Shown in pieces: positions 58,801-64,000 of a DNA stretch of 64,000 bases (its first letter is position 1; every line of letters starts with the position of its first letter). Position numbers and translations under genes: made by a program. The stretch is taken from positions 28,502,752-28,566,751 of the forward strand of contig NC_092394.1 of NCBI RefSeq assembly GCF_030028105.1, read 5' to 3'. Source of the DNA: Mobula birostris. Lineage: Eukaryota. The notes under the pieces were generated by a model that saw only the letters and a list, made by a program, of their open reading frames with translations, was not told the DNA's origin and did not search any database.

Positions 58801-59659
58801 TATTGGGTTCTGATCACAATTGTGGCTTTGATTATTCAATACAACGTTGACTTGGGATTAAACTCGGCTCTTCTACATCTAGGTAGGTTAGCTATTCACT
58901 CATAAACTCATACTGTACAATCTGGGAAGGCTTTTTCAGAAACACATGATAAATCTTTGCTCTCTCTTTGCTATGTTTCTTATATATCATGCATGTTCAA
59001 GGTGCAATTTATTTCTGATTTCCAATAGATCAAACTGTAATTGAGAAATATGAAATAACAGTGAAATGATTTTTAAACATGCCAACTTCACAAGCTAAGC
59101 ACAAAGCAGAGGCCTCCAACATCTTAGTCTAAGATGTACAATTTCCACAGCAATTTGCAGGAAATGTTTGAGGAACTCTGTAGAAAAGCAGATATTTCAT
59201 ATCTGAGGGGAACTTAGTCAAGAAGCTCAATGATTAAAATTCATAAATAACGCTTAGAAAAAAACTTTCATATGGAAGCATCAACATAAAAAAACTTGCT
59301 GACTCAATTAGATAATAAATACAGACCAGAAAGCTCCTTTGAAATGCTCATTTAGTTGTCCTTGGTAATAAGGGGCTTAATTTGATCGGGGAGCGGGGGG
59401 AGGGATATATGTACTTACAACGCCCATTGAATAGCTCACACACTAATAATAACTATTAGAAATGGACATGGATCCAGCTTAGCAATAATGTGGAATGGCA
59501 GGATACCTTGCTGCGTGAAGAACAGCCATGAGCTAATGAATCGAATTATGTCTACAGTCCATATACTGGTACCTTAATGAATCTTCTTTCAGAAGAGATA
59601 GGAAGATATTTGGAAATTCAGAAGTAATGGTCAGTACTTTTTAATCATCTTTGTCAACA

Positions 59660-60470
59660 GAATTAGAGTCACAGATCCATACATAGGGGAAGCAAGCCCT
59701 TTGGCTTACTAAGTGTACACTGACTACTAATCACTTGTCTATCCCCTTTCTGTGATCTCATCAAAGATTCACTAGAATGATTCTGGGAATGAGAGGGTTA
59801 ACATATGAGGAACGTTTGTCTGCTCTTGGACTGTATTCCTTGGAGTTTAGAAGAATGAGGGGAGACCTCATAGAAACATTTCGAATGTTGAAAGGCCTGG
59901 ATAGAGTGAATGTGGCAAAGTTGTTTCCCATGATGGGGGAGTCTAGTATGAGAGGGCATGACTTAAGGATTGAAGGGCGCCCATTCGGAACAGAGATGCG
60001 AAGAAATTTTTTTAACCAGAAGCTGGTGAATCTATGGAATTTGTTGCCACGGGTGGCAGTGGAGGCCAAGTCAGTGGGTGTATTTAAGGCAGAGATAGTT
60101 AGGTATCTGAGTAGCCAGGGCATCAAAGGTTATGGTGAGAAGGTGGGGGAGTGGGACTAAATGGGTGAATGGATCAGCTCATGATAAAATGGCGGAGCAG
60201 ACTCGATGGGCCAAATGGCCAACTTCTGCTCCTTTGTCTTATGGTCTTATGGTCTTACACCTAGATTCTACCATTTACCAACACAATAATTTACAGTAGC
60301 CAGTTAACCTGCCAATCTGCACGTCTTTGGAATGTAGGAGGAAACTGCAGCAGATGGGAGGAAACCCATGCAGTCACGGGGCGAATATGTAAACACCATG
60401 CAGGCAACTCCGTGCAAAGAGCTTAGAATTTGAATCCAGATCTCTGGCACAGCGAGCCTGAAATTCTACT
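59660..60470 (-). mobile_element. Old SINE split by a CR1 insertion
   Basis: aagccctttggc on the left. 'aatttacagtagccagttaacc', 'gtctttggaatgtaggaggaaac' on the right. Confidence 0.65.
59761..60255 (+). mobile_element. CR1 3' fragment
   Basis: LTYEERLSALGLYSLEFRRMRGDLIETF...RRNFFNQ. (tcttatgg)n tail. Confidence 0.95.
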
Positions 60471-60748
60471 TCCAACTTGTTCAATAATCAGGCAGTAGTA
60501 CATCTCATTATGTCATTGAATGAACCATCGCTAGGAAAGGTGAATGAAAGAATGAGGGCTATTAGATTTGCATTATTGTACTGCGATTTGCACAGTTGCT
60601 TTGATAATATCAGCACAGTAAGTTCCGTTTCTGTTATTTAAAAACAACATAACAACTTCTGACAGAAAAGATACAGATAAGAAAATTCCAGGGAATCCTA
60701 TGTAAAATTATCACAACTAGTTGCAACATTACTACTGACCAAATCAAA

Positions 60749-60767
60749 TGCACCATCTAGTGGACTG
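60749..60767 (-). promoter_or_regulatory. CTCF-binding motif
   Basis: Minus strand cagtCCACTAGATGGTGCa fits the CCAC(C/T)AG(A/G)(G/T)GG(C/T)GC core, in unique DNA. Motif match only. Confidence 0.5.
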
Positions 60768-62591
60768 TGGTGATTACAGCTCTGACTTCAAGTGTATTTG
60801 CTCCAGGGACTGATACCGATTAGCAGATACATTTGTAGGGTATTTCCTCATCAGTGATATTTTTAGAAATTAAATTGTTTCAAAGAATACCTCTTGACAT
60901 CTGTTTTTTAAGTCGCTTTGAAAGTAAAGCTAATGGAATTGAAGGTTTTAACACTCCCATAGCCTTATGGGTTTTTTAAAAAACTCCATCTGACTGATTA
61001 AAGTCATTTGAATCACGAACCAGAAACCTAGTGACTTAAATTTTAACCTGAACAGATGGCAAAATCAACCCAGAGCCAGTCAGGACTTTACTTGTGCCTT
61101 CCCTTCTTGGATTAACTTGAAGTCTGGAACTAATCTTGTGGGTATTGGTGCAAACAACCTGGGAGAATTTTGAGGCTGTATAGGATTAACAATACCAAAT
61201 GTGAAAGCTACTGCAGATAGTACATGATTCATGAGGAATGCAAGACTGCATTGCAGTCCCTCATATTCTCTGCTCCAAAATTAACCATAATGCATTGCAG
61301 TCAGGCCTTAATAGGATAGCTAAATGAATCTACTATGACTGGTAGATGCCCATATGCCGAATCCGTGGAGTATTAGAATATTGACTTCCTATTTTAGAGA
61401 CGGCTAGACCCTATTTCTCAAATCTATTCATGAAGCACTTAATCCAAGCTTGAAATTCACATTTAGAGACAAAAGTCCAAAACCTACAAAACGTTTTATT
61501 TATGACCTGTTAATTTAATTCTTTACCTCGTGGAATGAATCATCTCAGTATTACAATAAAATGGCCAATATCAGCATAATACACTAGAAAAAAAATCAGT
61601 TGCTAGTCCATGGTGTAAGTCATGTTCTTTAAACTCATAATAAAGTGCTCAATTATAGTTTAATTATCATTCATTTGCCAGCATTGAAATACGACATGAA
61701 AGAAATTGGTGACTCAAAGTGTTTTGCCTCCTGCACACAACGTTCTTACTCAGTTTCCTTTCATATTGCTACTACTAAGTTCTCTTTGGATTTTTTTTTA
61801 TGAGACCTTCAGGAAAAATCCACCAAAAACATTGGAAAGAAAACATCTGTACTGAGGAAAATCATTTTGTTTTCTCATGAATACCCTGAATAAAATTATT
61901 GAACTTCAATTTTGCAGTACTCATTATAAATTTTCCAGTATATGTTACGCAACTGTGTCACAAGTTAATATTTTATATTCTTATAACCGTAACTCAAAGG
62001 AGCAAAATTACTAGGTGATTCGGATTGTAGAAACAATGAAAAAAATTCTGCATATTTAGATTATTTTGAGGAATAAATAAGGAGGACAAGAAGTTTAATA
62101 TACCTAATTTGACAACATGTTGGAGGAAGATTCTCCATGACTTCTGCAAATTAACTAAATGGATGATTGTTTGATGAATAAGCTTTGTATTCTCTACAGT
62201 AATACAATCTCAAAGATATTGCCTTTATAGGCATCTTAAATCATATTTTAAATATTGAAAACTGTCATCATTTGGCTGTGTTTTAATTGCCTAATGGCTG
62301 AGAGGGGGAAAATAAATCAAATGCCTGTCACATGGTTACAGATGAGATCTGACACTATTCCTTTGGTTTGAGAAATATTGCTTTCCCCTGAAAATTAATT
62401 GGCAAAACTGTTTGTAAAAGATGTGTAAAATTAATATCTAAAACCCGAAGAAGCTGGTTTGAAGTGGCCAGGTAGTTCCATGTAATGTTATTTTAAAAGG
62501 AATATTTTTCAGTCAATAAGTCTGTTCAGCTAGTTAATTGTTGTATATTATTCAACATGTTGATATAAGCAAGAAGCAACATGTTCTAACT

Positions 62592-63111
62592 CAGACATCC
62601 CACCCTGCAAAAACTCATTTCAGGGAGGTAGCACCATCAATTTGCAGGAGACTCCTGGAACTTCCGGGAGAGGTGGGATGTCTGCAATAGAGTAGCTCCT
62701 TAGCAGCTAGCCAGCTAGTTTAACTAACGTTAGCTATGCTAATGAATGGACGACACCTGTTAAACTCACCTCAACATGTCTTTTACAGTCTTAACCCACC
62801 GTAGGCAATAGAAAAGTCACTGTTGCAAACAGTGCAGCAAGCAACACTGTCATTATTTTTGACCCCTATTAGGCAGGGGTACACTTTAGTGTAGTCTGGG
62901 GTGACGTACGTTTTATATTTTCTTTTTTTAGAACACTCTGCTATGGTGCTCTCTCTCTCTCTCTCTCTCTCTCCCTCCCCCTCTCTCTTGCTCTCTCGCT
63001 CGTTCTCAAAAAAATCAATTTCCGGGATATTGTATATAATTTGCGGGCATCAGGGAGCTACTATCAATATGCGGGAGATTCCCGGAACTTCTGGGAGAGG
63101 TGGGATGTCTG
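62592..63111. mobile_element. Composite MITE with 13-bp TIRs and 6-bp TSD
   Basis: ctaact|cagacatcccacc...ggtgggatgtctg|ctaact. A second right end closes at 62684. Internal (CT)n. Confidence 0.85.
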
Positions 63112-63230
63112 CTAACTCCAGATCATTGACAAGTTGTGCCAATCTTTGAAAATTGCTGTGTCATACTGTAAGATCATAGATCATCTGATCTTGGCTTCAA
63201 TTAATAAGCTCCCAAATGTCGAGTTGGAAT

Positions 63231-64000
63231 TGTTACGTACCCCGTAACTGGGTTGCCAAACCAGCAGAAATGGATCACTCAGTTGGAGTCTGGATTACTA
63301 GAACCAAGAAAGTTTTATTAAAGAAACAAGCAACACAGTATTCTAATCAAAAGAATAATAAATGCAACAGTTCAGCAGTGATAAACATACATGTGCACAG
63401 AATTAAGATAACAGGATCAATCAAGCTCTATCGTTGTCTAGGGGTAAATGACCAGGTTCAAAGTGACGCAAAGTTCAGTTCAATTTAGTTCAGTTCGCAG
63501 TAATCGCTGCCATGAGAGATGGACAGTGGGGGGAAGGAGAGAGAGAGAAAAACGAATGAATATTCAAGGCTTCCACACAGACCTTCGCAGTCAGCTTTCG
63601 GGCGAGTCCTTTGTGATGTCATTTGAGGTCACCGACCGTGACCCCTCCGTTTCCAGATACGATCGTCTCCCTGCGGTGAACCTGGCACCCAGGCAAGAGT
63701 GGACACACACCAGGTTCCCGCCGATCGTGCCTTTCCACCCTGTGCGTCTATGGCCCGGTACTTCCCACCGATTTGTGAGAGACGCACCGTTTCCAGGGTC
63801 TTGTTACCTCGGGTGTCGTGTGTGCCCTGCCTTAGCGAACCTGTCCCTTTTTATCCCCCTGCTGGGGTATCGCCTGTCCATCACTTCAAACAGTTCAGGG
63901 TTCAAAGGGGGAGCCGATCTTGACAGCTCTCCTTCCTTCTTTAACATCTCCAAATGCTGCTCCATTGTTTTCCTTATCTCTCTCTCTCATGAAAACAGGT
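63231..64000 (-). mobile_element. LTR (solo or 3' LTR) running off the window end
   Basis: Starts tgttac. tttatt at ~63314. CpG-rich body with minus-strand gggataaaag TATA-like motif near 63850. Confidence 0.7.

Overview
Eukaryotic, repeat-dominated DNA, almost certainly from a cartilaginous fish and probably a ray. This assignment rests on the recognisable repeat mix: CR1, Rex1/Babar and RTE LINEs, HE1/V-type SINEs, Penelope-like GIY-YIG elements with minimal hammerhead ribozymes, a decayed Gypsy LTR element, solo LTRs, and Tc1, pogo and hAT MITEs. No intact host protein-coding gene was recognised. Every ORF I could identify is a broken transposon ORF, so the window looks like a large intron or gene desert. 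The unique blocks between repeats carry enhancer-like motif clusters and two candidate minus-strand exons near 2.2-3.4 kb. I found no clear-cut new biological system. The most interesting observations are: (i) Penelope hammerheads, including a 78-bp inverted mini-insertion whose junction falls at the predicted self-cleavage site; (ii) a microhomology-bounded inverted duplication inside an RTE LINE, plus a second 121-bp templated copy elsewhere; (iii) a CpG-rich 80-nt candidate exon with stops in all three frames; (iv) a composite MITE with a 6-bp TSD and a duplicated right end. Boundaries of old repeats are approximate. Everything was read by eye and no searches were run.
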